From Paraphysomonas bandaiensis (taxonomy: Eukaryota; Protista; Chrysophyceae), in contig CBFFRP010000249.1 of NCBI GenBank assembly GCA_965644295.1, forward strand, positions 62,001 through 126,000: a stretch of DNA of 64,000 nucleotides, given 5' to 3'. Under the pieces are notes generated by a model, which was not told the origin of the DNA, ran no database searches, and saw only the letters and a list, made by a program, of their open reading frames with translations. A program made the position numbers and the translations under genes. Numbering within the stretch: the stretch's first letter is position 1; every line of letters begins with the position of its first letter. Below, piece after piece: positions 1 through 13,565 of the stretch.

Positions 1-903
1 AAAACTGGTTATAATGCAAATTGATTGAGAGATAGCTGCTGTTCGCATGTCAGATCATCTGTGATCAATAGACTCAATACAGCGGACTGTGATTGTAGGA
101 GAAATCTTTCCGGAATATGAAGGCGTTATATGTTGTGATGTGGCTAGAATAGTAACCACACTAATTATTGATCCGGTGCTAATTTATATACGTATACGGG
201 ATATATATCGGACTTATGGTAGATGAAGAATAGTAGAAATGAGGTTAGAATGAAGATATAGCTCCAGGGAACAATAATAATGCTAAAGCGTGGTATGTGA
301 GTTAATAATTTTTGGGTGAGCTGTTACTCTAAAAAGTTAGAAGATTACATTGCACTATAATATTAATTTAATATGGAAATTTATTCACGATAACCTACAG
401 AACCTGCTCAATGCTGTGGAGAGCGAAAACAATGATGAAATGTAGGTATAGCAGGTATAGTAGTAACGACTCGTAGCCTGATAATTGACCTAAGTAAAAA
501 TTAAGGTGGAGCCACGGAGCCACCTTATATTACATCTAGCTATTATGAGAGATATTATCTCTTATCTAGTTAGTAATCGATACTACCATTGATAGCATTA
601 TAATTTGGCACCATTAGCGGTTATCATGCTTTGTACACATACATTGCGTTTAAGCGCTGCATTTCGTACAACTGTAATAGTGGCACCTTCTTGGCGATAT
701 ATAATATAGCTATCACCAACGTGTCAAAACAATCACAACAAATGAATATTAAGCAAATTTAGTGGAATGTGAGGTGTTATCTACTTTCAGAATCCCGCTT
801 TTAATTGGATACTGTATATTCAATTCACCAAAAAACTTCGCAGCAGAGTAAATAAAGGTATATTAAACATATATTTCTCGTAACCCACTTCTATACGATT
901 TCG

Positions 904-3900
904 CTATGCAATTCCAGGCTCTGTATGCAAGGGTTGTAAACACTTCTGCAATGCAATCTGCAGCATGTGCCCAATTTCACTTTTTCTGTCTGTGTCAGCT
1001 GCATTTTCAGCATTAATTTTTTGAACCGTACTTCCAGAAAGAACAGCCTTGCTGAGTTTCTGTTTTCTCTCACCCATATCGTAAATACATTCATCCACAG
1101 TATTCTCTGCAACCATCTTGTACACAGTAACCAACTTCGTCTGTCCGATGCGGTGGCAGCGGTCCTGGAGGAGAAAAGAAATTAAATGCTATATCAATAC
1201 AAACTCGTTACAAGTGGATACCTCGGCCTGCCTGTCATTCTCTGGGTTGAAGTCGAGGTCATGAATGACGACGGTATCAGCCGCGGTTAAGTTTATACCC
1301 AATCCTCCCGCCTTTGTAGACAAAAGAAACACTGGAATAGTAGCATCTCTCTCAAACTTGTCAATAAGTTTTTGCCGCTCTCCAACAGGAGTGGACCCAT
1401 CTAGACGCAAGAAGTGGAGCGATAAATCTTGCAAGAACGCTCCGATAATGTCAAGCATTCTTGTCCATTGACTAAACACAAGCACGCGATGGCCGCTACT
1501 CTATTATAGGTGCGCAAAATTTAGACAAAGAATTCATACGCAAACATATACTCACAATGAGAGCCGGTAACATATCGCGCAATTGCCGCAACTTCGGTGA
1601 ATCATATAATACATCACTGCTCAACTGTAGATGCCCTAGATGTGAGGGGTATTCCAAGCATAGGTGGTTAATATCGAAATCCGAGAATTGCTTAACTTCC
1701 TCTCTAACTCTAGCAATGTCGCACTGATCACCGAAGTGTCCGGTGGCGTATAACACAGTAGAGATTTCATCAATGACAGCATCATCCGAATACCTCACTC
1801 GTAAGAGCAGTGGATGATTGGCGGCCTTGCGCAACGTGGAGAAAATATTATTGGCCTCGGAGGTCGATATGCTGCGGACGATATGCTCCTTGTAGTCGTC
1901 GTTGTTGCTATCTCCTTTCTCACCACTGGATCGACGTAACATGTGCTTCTTTATAATATCCTCGTAGAGTTTTCTCTGTGTCTCTGTCATCGGTACTCGC
2001 AGAAGTACATCCTTCTTTGCTACAAGTTGATGAAGCACGTCTTTCTTAAGTCGTCTCAGGACAAAAGGTGCTAACATACGACGCAGATTCGCTAGAGGTG
2101 GCTCCTCATCGGACACTTGATCTGATGATGTAGCTATTGCCATTTCGGATGAGAACTTATCAATCTGGAATGATTCCAGCAGCATTTCCGTGTACTCTGA
2201 CCGGAATACCTCTGGCATTAGAAAGCCAAGTAACGCAAGCAGTTCACGAAGGTCTAATGTGAAGGCTCAAAAGTCAAACAATGCAAAGACATCAGCACAA
2301 GACCTACCATTCTGCACTGGAGTGCCACTGAGCAAAAGCCGACGACGGGTCTTGAGATTGCGTAAGTGGGAGTACCTGGACGACGACGCATTCTTGATAC
2401 AGTGTGCTTCGTCTATAGTACTATCAAGGAGAATCAGGTCAACGTCAGGTGCACATACCTAGCACTAGATATTCGAATTTAATCTTGCGCAGAAACGCCC
2501 TGTCTTCAGCACCACTTTCCCTCTCAAACATGGTGTACGTCGTGAGTACAATATGCACAGGGTCTTCCCCGTTTCCGTCTATCAGTGACCGCCGCAGAAG
2601 CCCCTTAAGCTCCTGCTTCTCAGCCTGTGACCCGTGGAAGCGCACTACGCTCAATGCAGGACAGAACCTTTCCAATTCCTTCGCCCAATTGCTGATTGTG
2701 GATGCTGGGACAACAATAAGGTGAGCCCCACTGCCCCCTTCTTGTTTCTGATCTTGGGAGTGATGCAGCCATCCAAGAAATGCTATAGTTTGTACTGTTT
2801 TCCTGTGCTTATATTTTCAGTGTACAGAGAAGCAAATCGATAGGTAAATACCCACCCAAGACCCATGTCATCAGCGAGAACTCCATTGACATCGCTTATA
2901 TGCAGCAGCTTGAGCCAATTCACTCCAACGAGCTGGTAGTCCTTTAGAGCTAGTCCGGGGCAGTTTGCCTCCACCTCTTTTTGGGTTAAAGCTCCCCCCA
3001 CATGTTCCTGAACTTGTGCGTCAAATGATGTAAGATCTACACAGCCATCCATATCCTTTTTCCCTCCGTGTCCAGACCACCGCTCCAGAGCCGATCTCAG
3101 CTGATGACTCACTCGAGCACATCGTCCTAGCACCTCCCGACATTTCCTCTCGCGTTCCTCCTCCTCCCATCCTTCCTCATTTTCGCCATTGTGTTCCTGT
3201 CCTTCATCCTCTTCACCAGTGCTGTCTTCGGAATCCGAAAGAACCATTTTCCTACGCCTTCCCGTCTGGGTACGAGAACTACTACGGCCAGATCTTCGGG
3301 CACGCAACCTTTCCTCTCTCTCACGATCTTTTCGAGATCTTGAATCTTCCACTTTCGCTGCTGCATCTCTTTCCTTCAACAGAGCACTGATATTATCACT
3401 TTCAAGTGTGTACGAGTAGCCCTTGTTCTTCGAAAGGCTAATACTAAGCGGTGTGTCACACAAATCATCAGAGGCTTTACTCACACTGGCAGGCGATTGT
3501 CGATCGTCATCAACAATATCATCAATTACAGTATTCTTTTTTTTCGGAATCAGTGCAGATTTACGAGCTGCCTTAGCACTACATATATTAGCTTTCAATT
3601 CTGATATAGGCATGCTGGAAGCATCACGTCGGTCTAGCCATTCTTCAGCGCACGGAATAGAAGTTTTTGATACTTTAGGAGTTGGAATATCCTCATCATC
3701 ATCACTATCCGATAGCACAAATTTTCTGCGTTTAACATTGCCAACCACCCTGAAAATAATACAAATAAGACCGAAAAATCTCTAGTGTATAAAGAACACA
3801 TTGTTTTATACTATTCAAATAGCTATGACAGCACAGCAAACAACACTAATACCACGGTACACACTATAAAAAACAAGAAATGAATAAAAACCCACATTCT

Positions 3901-4743
3901 ACGACATATTAGTTTACCATACATAAGCAAGACACACATACTAAAACCATATACCATACCACTATATACCACTCTATACCATATACCATACCACTATATA
4001 CCACTCTATACCATACCACTATATACCACTCTATACCATATACCATACCACTCTATACCATACCACTATATAGCACTATATACCATATACCATACCACTC
4101 TATACCATACCACTATATAGCACTATATACCATATACCATACCACTATATACCATACCACTATATAGCATATACCATACCACTCTATACCATACCACTAT
4201 GTACCATACCACTATATAGCACTTTATACCATATACCATACCACTCTATACCATACCACTATATACCATATACCATACCACTATATACCATACCACTATA
4301 TAGCATATACCATACCACTCTATACCATATACCATACTGCTATATAGCACTTTATACAATACCACTATATAGCATATACCATACCACTCTATACCATATA
4401 CCATACCACTATATAGCATATACCATACCACTCTATACCATATACCATACCACTATATAGCATATACCATACCACTATATACCATACCACTATGTACCAT
4501 ACCACTATATAGCACTATATACAATACCACTATATAGCACTTTATACAATATTACCATATCGCTATCCACTATATCGCTATATACCGCATAAGCACATAC
4601 CATATAACCATATATCACAACACCATATACCGCATAAGCACAGTTTCATACCTGTGTTTGTGCTGGTCGTCTTCCTGTGGGTTATACCGCATGTGTTGAA
4701 AGGGATTCGATCCTCTCTGATCCTTCTCATTATCGTCCCTCAT
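904..4743 (-). CDS. SNF2-family chromatin remodelling ATPase, SMARCAD1/Fun30/ETL1-like (multi-exon)
   Basis: Motifs across exons: LKDYQLVGVNWL, GVLADDMGLG(K), TTY, MLAPFVLRRLK, LRKAANHPLL, FSQWT, RLDGST, FLLSTKAGGLGINLTAAD, DFNPENDRQAEDR. Exon 1 (ATG 4743 to 4652) splices in frame to 3749 across a repeat-filled intron. Confidence 0.92.
3945..4620. repeat. Degenerate (ACCAT/ACTAT/ATAT) satellite inside intron 1 of the SNF2 gene
   Basis: About 670 bp of units such as ataccataccactatat / accactctataccat, lying between the donor at 4651 and the acceptor at 3750 (minus strand). Confidence 0.9.
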
Positions 4744-5541
4744 GCTCTCCTGTGATAGTATTCGACAGTCCTGTGTTGTTACTCTGACAATACGGTTACT
4801 GGTTATATGCCATTTCTATTAATGGCTATCACAGCAGAGGCAGTATGAATATATGAATGAGCATCCATTGCCATAGCACTGTACCTCCTTATATATATAC
4901 ATACAGCAGGAGGCATAGTGGATACACACACTGCCATAATACACAACAGTACGTATATACTCTATACGAATTTTAAAAAAACGAAGAAAGAAAGAAGAAG
5001 AACTTCGACTGTATTATACACTACACTATACTACAGTACTACTGTATATACCACTATCGCTGTACAGAAGTTGTCCATCCCCTCCCTCCCTTCCCTCCAC
5101 AGGTGGGAGTACCGTACAGCCGAATTATTCCCGCACTGGATTAATTTTTTTTTCACCATTCATTTTTACAAAAGAGCGTTCATTTCACTTTCTTCCACCA
5201 ATCAGAAGTCAGGAAAGAAACACAGAATAGTGTATACTTTTGAAGTACGATATACGGGTGGGTATATACAGAGGTCTGGTTGTTGTACTGTAGAGTGCAA
5301 CACGGATATATACATACCGTACTGCGGTGTATATGTCCTCAAGTAAGTGTGTTATGTATGGAGGAGTGGGGGTCTTTGTCCAGTACAGCAGTATACTATA
5401 CATACATACAATTACATAACATACACACTCTTAACCCCCTCTCTCTATACATATATATAAACCAGCAGAACATAACACCATTCTATCGCCCTGTATGTAT
5501 GGTTGACCCACTGAATCAGCCATACATTTCTTCATGTCACA

Positions 5542-7626
5542 ATGAGTGAATCCCCTCAAAAGAGACAGAGAACAGACAGCACTCTTAACGGATCAGTTCA
5601 TACATTGCCTCATATGGAAATACACCATCAAGATCAACCTTCTAGTGATAATAGCAACACCCTGTTACTCCCAACAGCCTCATCATTCGCTGAGTTCCTC
5701 TCTGACCCCTTATCTTTCAGTCCCAGTGAAGAGTTCATCAGTAGTAGTTATTATATAGAGGACGACACGGCTCTTATAGCTGCTATAAAATCCCTCAACT
5801 CTATTGCTGTATCTGCTCTGTTAGATGCCGGATGTGACCCTAATGCCATAAACAAGAAGGGTGTAACCCCCATATCTGCTGCGGCTCATAAGGGTGATAC
5901 GAATATAATTCAACTGTTGATTCGTAAAGGCGCTTTAGTTAATGCGGTCAACAATTCAGGCTCAACTGCGCTGATACAGGTTCACTAAATAATATTTTAT
6001 ACGCATTTTACTAATCACATAAATATAGGCTTCTCATTTTGGTCATTTTAATGCCGTACTTTTGCTTCTGCAATGTGGGGGTGCAGCGGACTTCGCGAAC
6101 TCCAAAGGCACCACCGCTCTCATGCGTGCTTCACAAGAAGGACATGAGGGTATTAGTCGACTGCTCATAGAAGCCCGCGTTGATGTGAACAAGAAGAATC
6201 ACGAAGGTATGAACGCTCTTATGTTGGCCTCTCAGCGAGGACATGGAAACGTCGTCATGGAGCTTATCAAGTCGGGTGCTATGATGGACGAGCAGACAGC
6301 ACAAGGCAGCACAGCACTGATGTTAGCATGCAAGCGTGGACATGAAAAGGTTGTAGAGGTTCTTGTATCAATGGGCGCGGAGATATACATGAGGGATTGT
6401 CGTGGACGCACTGCACTTGACACTGCTATGCGCCGGCACCACCACCACCTGCTGCAATATCTCAACACTCAAGTTCAAGTGAGGTGCGTGCAGGAGCATG
6501 CTCGACGCGAACGGGCTGCACTTCTAAAGGAGATGCGGTCTGCATGTATGAGCAATCGTCTTGAGCTGAAGAAAGATACTGCTGTTCTTCAATCACTTTA
6601 CAATACCATGTCCCGGCCAACATCTGGTCCACACCCTTCCATTCCAGATGGATTGGACTCCCTGGCTGAAGTAGCGTCCTCTCACACCCCTGATTCTCTC
6701 TCAGGATGTAGCAGTCTCTCGAAGTTGATTTCTGCAGACGGGGGCATGGAGTTATGTCGCCAGCTTGCCGCTGCGATATCTGACTGTCAGTCTCCTTCTG
6801 CCCGCCCCACTGAAATGCAACCAGCTCGTGTGGGATACGCGGGGTGGCAGTGGCCCTTCATTCTAATGAGGTGAATTATTATTTGATATCATTTTGTAAC
6901 CCTAAAATATGCCATAGGTGCATGCAGCTTCCACTCGGATTATGTGAAATAATCATGGAGTACCTACCTTTGCCGCGCATATGGCGGTGGTCTCTGAACA
7001 GACTCAAGAAAAGAATCCCACTTGCACCCCATGCAGCCACCGTTGACGTAAGCCTGGTACTGGACGAAATGATTACAGACACGAATATTTTTGCGGGGCG
7101 GCAGAGGGGCCACTTGATTCGTATAGCCCGCAGCTCTGATGCACAGCGGACCCTTTGCAAAGATTTCCGCCTTTCGCCAATTCTAGTGGATAGTATCGTC
7201 TGCTTTTCTGATGTGCAGAGTTTGTCTTACCGATACATAGAGAATGATGTTGCTTTCAAGCAGAGCCTCGCCAAGAAGTATCTCACCCTCGCGGTGATGC
7301 TGTATCGGCATCTGAAGGTGTTAAATGACCCTTGCTTAATGTTTATTTCATCGCTTCTCGCGGATATGAAGCGCGGCGGGGAGGCAGTTGGGAGTGCTCG
7401 AAAGGCCTATGCAAATGCGGAGGGCGGGATAACATTATTGGATGGTAATGTGGTTTTTGGTGGAGAGTTGGCATTGATGGATGATGATGATGGACTAAAT
7501 GAGTACGACCTCAATGTCACTGGCGGTGGACCGGACCAAGATACAGAGACGGAGATGCCTGCTGAAGGAGACATGATAGATGATGGAAACTTTCAGGCCT
7601 CAGATGATGACAATAGATGGGGATAG
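5542..7626 (+). CDS. Ankyrin-repeat protein with acidic C-terminus (3 exons)
   Basis: Repeated GxTALxxA motifs (GVTPISAAA, GSTALIQA, GTTALMRA, GMNALMLA, GSTALMLA, GRTALDTA); GT-AG introns near 5980-6028 and 6870-6917. Confidence 0.9.
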
Positions 7627-8899
7627 TTATGTAAACGAAAAGAAATATTCCACCATGGTACCGTCAGATATCGTTTGCCCTTCACTTAATTTAGTCATTT
7701 ATCGGCGGTGCTTTCGATTATGTTGGTCGTACGATTGTGAACTACAACCTTTGCTACGGTCGTTGTTTCATTTGTAGTGGGTATATTTAACTTGACTGTA
7801 ATGTGATAAAGTTGCTCTTAATTTATGACATAAAACTATTGAAGTTTTAAAAGTGTTTGCAATGTTGGTCTATTTAGATAGCTGTTATTACAGAGTCCAG
7901 GGTGTTCTGATGTATACACCCTTGCACCTGAGACTTTATTCACAACCCAAGTGGAAATTTAGATGGTGTACGTTGTATCGTTGTATACATATATACATGC
8001 CTTAGAGTCGCTCTTTACAAAAAACTATCAAAACACTATCGGGAAAATCCTAGCTTTTAATTGAACCTGAACCTGCTTTTGGAATGCTGGTTCAAAATTC
8101 GGAATATTATGGAGAAATCTCAAGTTTTCTCTACCTATTAATATATTGATAGTTAATGTATTCCTATGTGCTATGTGCGTAATCTGTGTATTGAGAACTG
8201 GAAGCAAATGGAAAAGGGCGCTGCTTGAAGATTGAAAATGCAGAAAGCCGTTATGAAACGTTTCTTGACGCGGGTACGTTTCTCGGCAGGATAAATGTAG
8301 ACATGTCAATAACAATATCGGCATTCCTATTGACTATTGACGGGGAGGTGTTGAATCCTTGTCACAGTTCTCAAGAATTTGTAGAGAAGAGCTGCCGTTT
8401 CTGATAACAAAAAGCAATTAACAACCCGCATCTAGCTATAAATGTGGAATCAGGTATGACCTACGCAGTGACAATGAATATAGAATTGTTCTTAGTAATA
8501 TTAAAATAATGTTGTGACTATTAGAATGTTAGTGATAAACACAGTAAAGTGAGAAATATGATAAATAACAATATAAAACATAACTATCATGCACAACGGA
8601 ATAGTTAGGAGTGTAACTGATAACGACGATCGTTGTGATGACGATCATGTATAACAGATACTCTCTCTAATTCAGTTTATAATATATTTCATTGAACTTT
8701 ATACCTCACAATACTATTTTGTATTGAGCTGAATCTTTCCTTCAGCAAGCTATTAGTAATTACAGGAAGCTATGTAATAAACCGTACTAAATCTTTTCAG
8801 TAAGCTTCATATTGAAAAGTTTTCATTCAGCTTAGTTTAGAATTTAGAGACATAAATAACACCACTACTAAAGCGGAGTCTTCAATCACTTTAGTATTG

Positions 8900-9275
8900 T
8901 ATTTAGAGACTACCACAACTGACGCTAAGTTTTCAACCAGGATGGCTCATATCTGCCCCTGCTCTTCAACAGACAACTCTTTGAAGATATCCGAATGTAT
9001 AGCTCTCTCCAATGTGTCAACCAGAGCAACTAGCAACCATACCAATAACACTGAGCTACTCGCCAGTGAGTTGTACACATTGACAGACATATGAGTACTA
9101 TCATGTGGATCATATCAGTGAATAGATTGAACAACACGCATTGCAGTGTCTTTAAGTAAACAGTGTTCCTGATAGCAATCAACAGCCCCTCTTATAGATA
9201 TCAGACTGAGCTTTCACTGATATGGAGTGGCTGACATGCTATCATTACCATCTCCTTCCTTTGTCCGTGTCATTG
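8900..9275 (+). mobile_element. Possible highly decayed Copia RNase H remnant
   Basis: Broken frames give ISECIALSNVST and VADMLSLPSPSFVRV, in the order expected for the Copia RNase H motifs ExEYIALS and VADMLTK. Weak. Confidence 0.25.
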
Positions 9276-9758
9276 GAAACTGAAGAAGAGTTCATTGTGT
9301 AGCTTGTATGGCAATGAAATAGTGAGGTGCTTCATGACATAATGCATTGCTCAGAGATTGTAGGTTCAAAAAATTAGGAGTTTTGATGAAGTTTGTTTAT
9401 TTTCACAACAAAGGTTCCCAAAAAGGTAGGATTTTAGGGTAGGATTTCCAGAAAGGTGCTTGGAAATTTCCTATGGTGATGGACGTCCGATATACTGTAC
9501 GATAGTACGATATATAGTCCGAGGAGAGGTGTGGGGATCGATCTTCCCGTACTGCATATATGATCCATACCCATATGGACTACAGACGTATAAGTCAGCT
9601 CACTGATGGTGTGGTGGGGATCTCTCGTATGACATGTGCCTGTATATACCATACAGCAGTGTGCGTGTACCATACATATCCATACACCATACATACCAAC
9701 ATCTCCATCACCTCCATCCACCCATCATAATATACCAATATATCAAACCACCATTACA

Positions 9759-11148
9759 ATGACTGATAAATCTACCAACAAGGAACCATTTGAGTTCACA
9801 GGGGCGGGGTTTTCAGTAGGGGAATCACCTGCCGGAGAAGATAACAGCAACAATCAGATTCAGACTCAGATGAAGAATCTTAATATCAGTGATGTGGAAG
9901 TGGAGGGAGATGAAGAGTTTCCTCAGAGTGTTATCAACAGACTTGTTGGTCTTAAGCAGATACAGGTACACGATGCTGTCCTATACATGCTGCCCCATAC
10001 ATGCTGGCATGGTGTATTGTGCAGTGTCGTATACGTATCGTAGTATAATGTGCTGTCTTTGACGCTGTCTTTTAATGCTTGTATAGGAGGGATACGACAA
10101 CCTGGATGCACAATATAAGGCAGAGAGGGTGCTGCTTGAGCGAAAGTATCATGAGCTGAGGAAGCCGCTTTTCGAACAGAGACTCAATGTTGTGATTGGG
10201 AATGTGGATGTTGAAATAGTAAATGAAAATTCTGAGTCAAGCCCAGGTAATATGCATTATTATATGTTTTGTTCAAAGGTAACTTATATCATTTGTAGCT
10301 GCTGAGTCAGAAGAAAAAGGTATCCCGAATTTCTGGTTACAATGTATGTCGAACCACCCCCTCCTCAGTCAGCTCATTTCCGAAGAGGACCACCCCGCTC
10401 TTGCATGCCTGGTGGATATCAGATGCGAGTATAACGAAGACTACTCTGGGTTTAAGCTGAGATTTTCTTTCATTGATAATGATTTTTTTACGAATACGGT
10501 GCGTGTGTGCCTATGTATGTTTCTCTGTATTCACCTACGTGTGCTATGTATATGTAGGAGTTGGTAAAGTCCTACACAGTTAGTCCTGATCTATTAGATG
10601 ACAAGGCACCCGCTTTAACGTCAGGTATTTTTTGTCATGCCCTAGTAGTGCTCGAACTTTGTCTAACTGTATGTTCAGTTGAGGGCACAGAGATCCAGTG
10701 GAAACCCAAGAAAAATCTCTGTGTGACAGAGTCCAGAAAGAAACAGAAAGGAAAAAGCGGCAAAAAGGCTGGACAAGTTCGTTACGTTACCACGGAGGTC
10801 GCCAAGCAGAGCTTCTTTCACTTCTTTGCGGATCCCCATATGGAGGAGGACTCTGATGATGAGGAGGCTGACGACAGCCGTCAGCATGAGTTCCAGCTGT
10901 CAGTAGATTCCGACTACGAAGTTGGTCATGCTTTTCGTGCCGAAATCATTCCTAATGCAGTATCGTGGTTCACCGGAGAGGCATTGGATGACCTGGACGA
11001 CGACGATGATGACGATATCTTAGATGATGAGGAGGATGACGATGATGACGACGATGGCGACTCTCCAGATGAGGAAAGCGAGGAAACAGAAGGAAGAGCC
11101 ACCGGAGCCGCACCTGCCGGAGACCAACCAGAGTGTAAGCAAAGTTAG
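9759..11148 (+). CDS. NAP1: Nucleosome assembly protein (NAP1 family), multi-exon
   Basis: LERKY, GIPNFWLQCM, DHPALACLVDI, F..NDFFTN..LVKSY, GTEIQWK, SFFHFF, DYEVG..FRAEIIPNAVSWFTGEA, acidic tail, C-terminal ECKQS. Confidence 0.93.
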
Positions 11149-11889
11149 CTTGCTACAGTTTGATTTACAATAGCGTTGAAAGCTTCTTGTTGTCGGCTAT
11201 CCACTGATGACATTTATGCCTAGTGCTATGAACTTCATGTTAATTATTGATATGCAGCCTTATAATAATAATAATAACTGCGGCACACCAATGCATTTTT
11301 TCGTAACCTGATTGACGTTGTGACTACTGTATATTATCACCATTTGTTGGTATATGGGTGAAATAAAGTATGGGAGCTGATGTATCTATTAAAGTATGAA
11401 TCATACAGTCATTTTAATATGATTACTATTAGGGTTCAGCTTAATACAAGATTGTATCTGTGTGTTATAATGTTCAATGAAATATATCATGAACTGAATT
11501 AGAGAGAGTATCTGTTGAAGATACATGATCGTCATCATAACGTCGTCATTACTATTCTAACTATTCCGTTGTGCATGATAGTTACGTTCTATATTCTTAT
11601 TCATAGTTCTCGCTCTACTGTGTTCATCACTTTACACTCTAATAATCACAACATTGTTTTACGCTTTACTATTACTAAGATCAATTCTTTATTATTACTG
11701 CGCCTAGTGAAAGGGTATAGTAGGTTCTTGGATTGTTTTATCGATACAATAGGCTATTAATATCAGAAGTTGACATTATTTGCGAAGGTTTACTATTCTC
11801 AAATGATAAGATGAAATTATAGATATTACATGATAAAGAACCTAAGTTGTGTTCGATGTGTTCAACACCATTCATTTACTACTATAGTG

Positions 11890-13090
11890 TCCCTCAACAA
11901 AGTCGGACTCGCACCTTTTCGTGGTGTTCTGGGGGATAAGTACCGGAGAGATTCTCTCTGGGAAACTAACGTGAGCCGCAAACATAGTCAGCAGATATTG
12001 TTCTGCCCACTCATAGCCAAATGCTTGTGTGGTACAAGGGACACTAATAAGTGTCACTTGTGTAGACGTCTTTGGGCCCTGACGAATAAACAGGCATCCG
12101 GGAATGGGCCCACCTCAAGGGCATCCGGGACAGGGCCCACCAGAAGGGTAACCGGGGTATTGGGCTGCCTGCTGAAGTTAAGCATCCGGGATGTTCACCT
12201 TAAGAACTCAAAACACCTGAAGTCAGCAGATGTCAGGTATATCAACATTCTGCTTGCTCCCTGCGTTTGCTTTGAGTGATTGATGCTGAGTATGAGTTCA
12301 CATTATTCGGTATCTGTGTGGCCAATGACCGAGGTAATGCGTCAAACTTTCCTCATGGATGCATGGCAATGGCAATGATGTGATTAGACCTGTCATGTCT
12401 TCTCACACGTCTACTGCCTAGTCTTGGTTTCTCCTGACCCAGGTCATTGAGATTATATCAAGGCTCTGGCACTGTTCTCCAAGCAGTGTCAGGTACATTT
12501 GTGGTGCTTTTATGTTATTCTTGCTTAGTAGGTTTTCATCCGAGCGGGGAAGGTGCACGGTTTCCTACTAGTGTAAGTCACTCGGGAGAAGAGTGCAAGG
12601 TGGATGCATGTGCTGGACGAGTGCACACAATGGAGGGAAGACATTGGAGTCAGCTTGAATTTGTAACAGATTTTGGTAGATGTCTGTTTCATGCGTCAGT
12701 GTGCAAAATTGCACCAGTGAGACCGCTTCGTGACCGTGGGAGGACCCGGCGCTATAGAGCTACTTTATTCTCCCTTCCAGACTACCTGCTGCTGTGAACA
12801 CCACCTTGAAGAGGGCCCTAAAGATCTGCCGCATATACAGGAGACATATGCCGAAGACACCGACCGCAAGTTGTTTGTGTTAGGACAAGTAGATTGGGCA
12901 GGAGCGTATGATCCGGCTTAAACACGCAACTCGTCGTATGCCCATGTAGCTAACTAAATCGTGTTGTATAGTTGAGCACTTGTCGGTGCATGCAATAGTA
13001 ACTAGATGAGAGTCATGTTATGCATAGTGTCGCGCGAGTTGTTAGGTTGGTCGCGGCAACGCACAAGCTTGCGCTTCTTAATAATCAGAT
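11890..13090 (+). mobile_element. Interspersed repeat, copy A (non-autonomous, Helitron-like ends suspected)
   Basis: Long blocks of visible identity to 43401-44662 and to the reverse complement of 62695-63160, e.g. gtgtcacttgtgtagacgtc, gcatccggga, gcgtcagtgtgcaaaattgcaccagtgagacc, gtcgcgcgagttgttaggttgg. Confidence 0.8.
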
Positions 13091-13501
13091 TTTCAATATA
13101 CTATAGTGTACAAACCACACACTCAGTGATCGTATCCTGTATAGTCACCCACTTCTACTTCAGTTTCATACTACACAATATATTGTACTAATTACATATA
13201 TATCTTTCGATCCTTGCATCTCACATAATACTGCACTCAATTGCAAGTATATAGAATCTTCAGATCTCAACAAATAAGTGATGCTGATAGACCCCAAGAG
13301 AGTAAGATTTTTCAATCGATGTTTTCAAAGGTAACTGAAGGACATGCATGAAGATTGCGTTGAGAGAAAGAATGATGGTCTACCAGCCTACTTCAGCGTT
13401 GGAGAGAGTGATGGAGTCCTGCCTATGCTGCTATCTTTAGCTTTGTTTTGACCTAATGTATGTTGCATTGGTTCTACGTCACCTGCTATGACCTCATGCT
13501 T

Positions 13502-13565
13502 CTGTAATGCGTAGCTATATGCCTGTAATGTGTAGCTATAGGCCTGTAATGCGTAGCTATATGCG
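13502..13565. repeat. 21-bp tandem repeat x3 (ctgtaatgcgtagctatatgc)
   Basis: Three near-identical consecutive units. Confidence 0.8.

Noticed and set aside
4695-4720. GGATTCGATCC as a tRNA T-loop
   Set aside because: No cloverleaf around it; it lies in coding exon 1 of the SNF2 gene on the minus strand.
8000-8460. Possible piggyBac transposase relic (WRNLKFSLPINILIVNVFL)
   Set aside because: One short resemblance among many stops, with no TIR or TTAA boundaries identified.
11830-12921. ORFs of 149, 116 and 63 aa as host genes
   Set aside because: They lie within the interspersed repeat, the other copies carry indels through them, and no domain was recognised.
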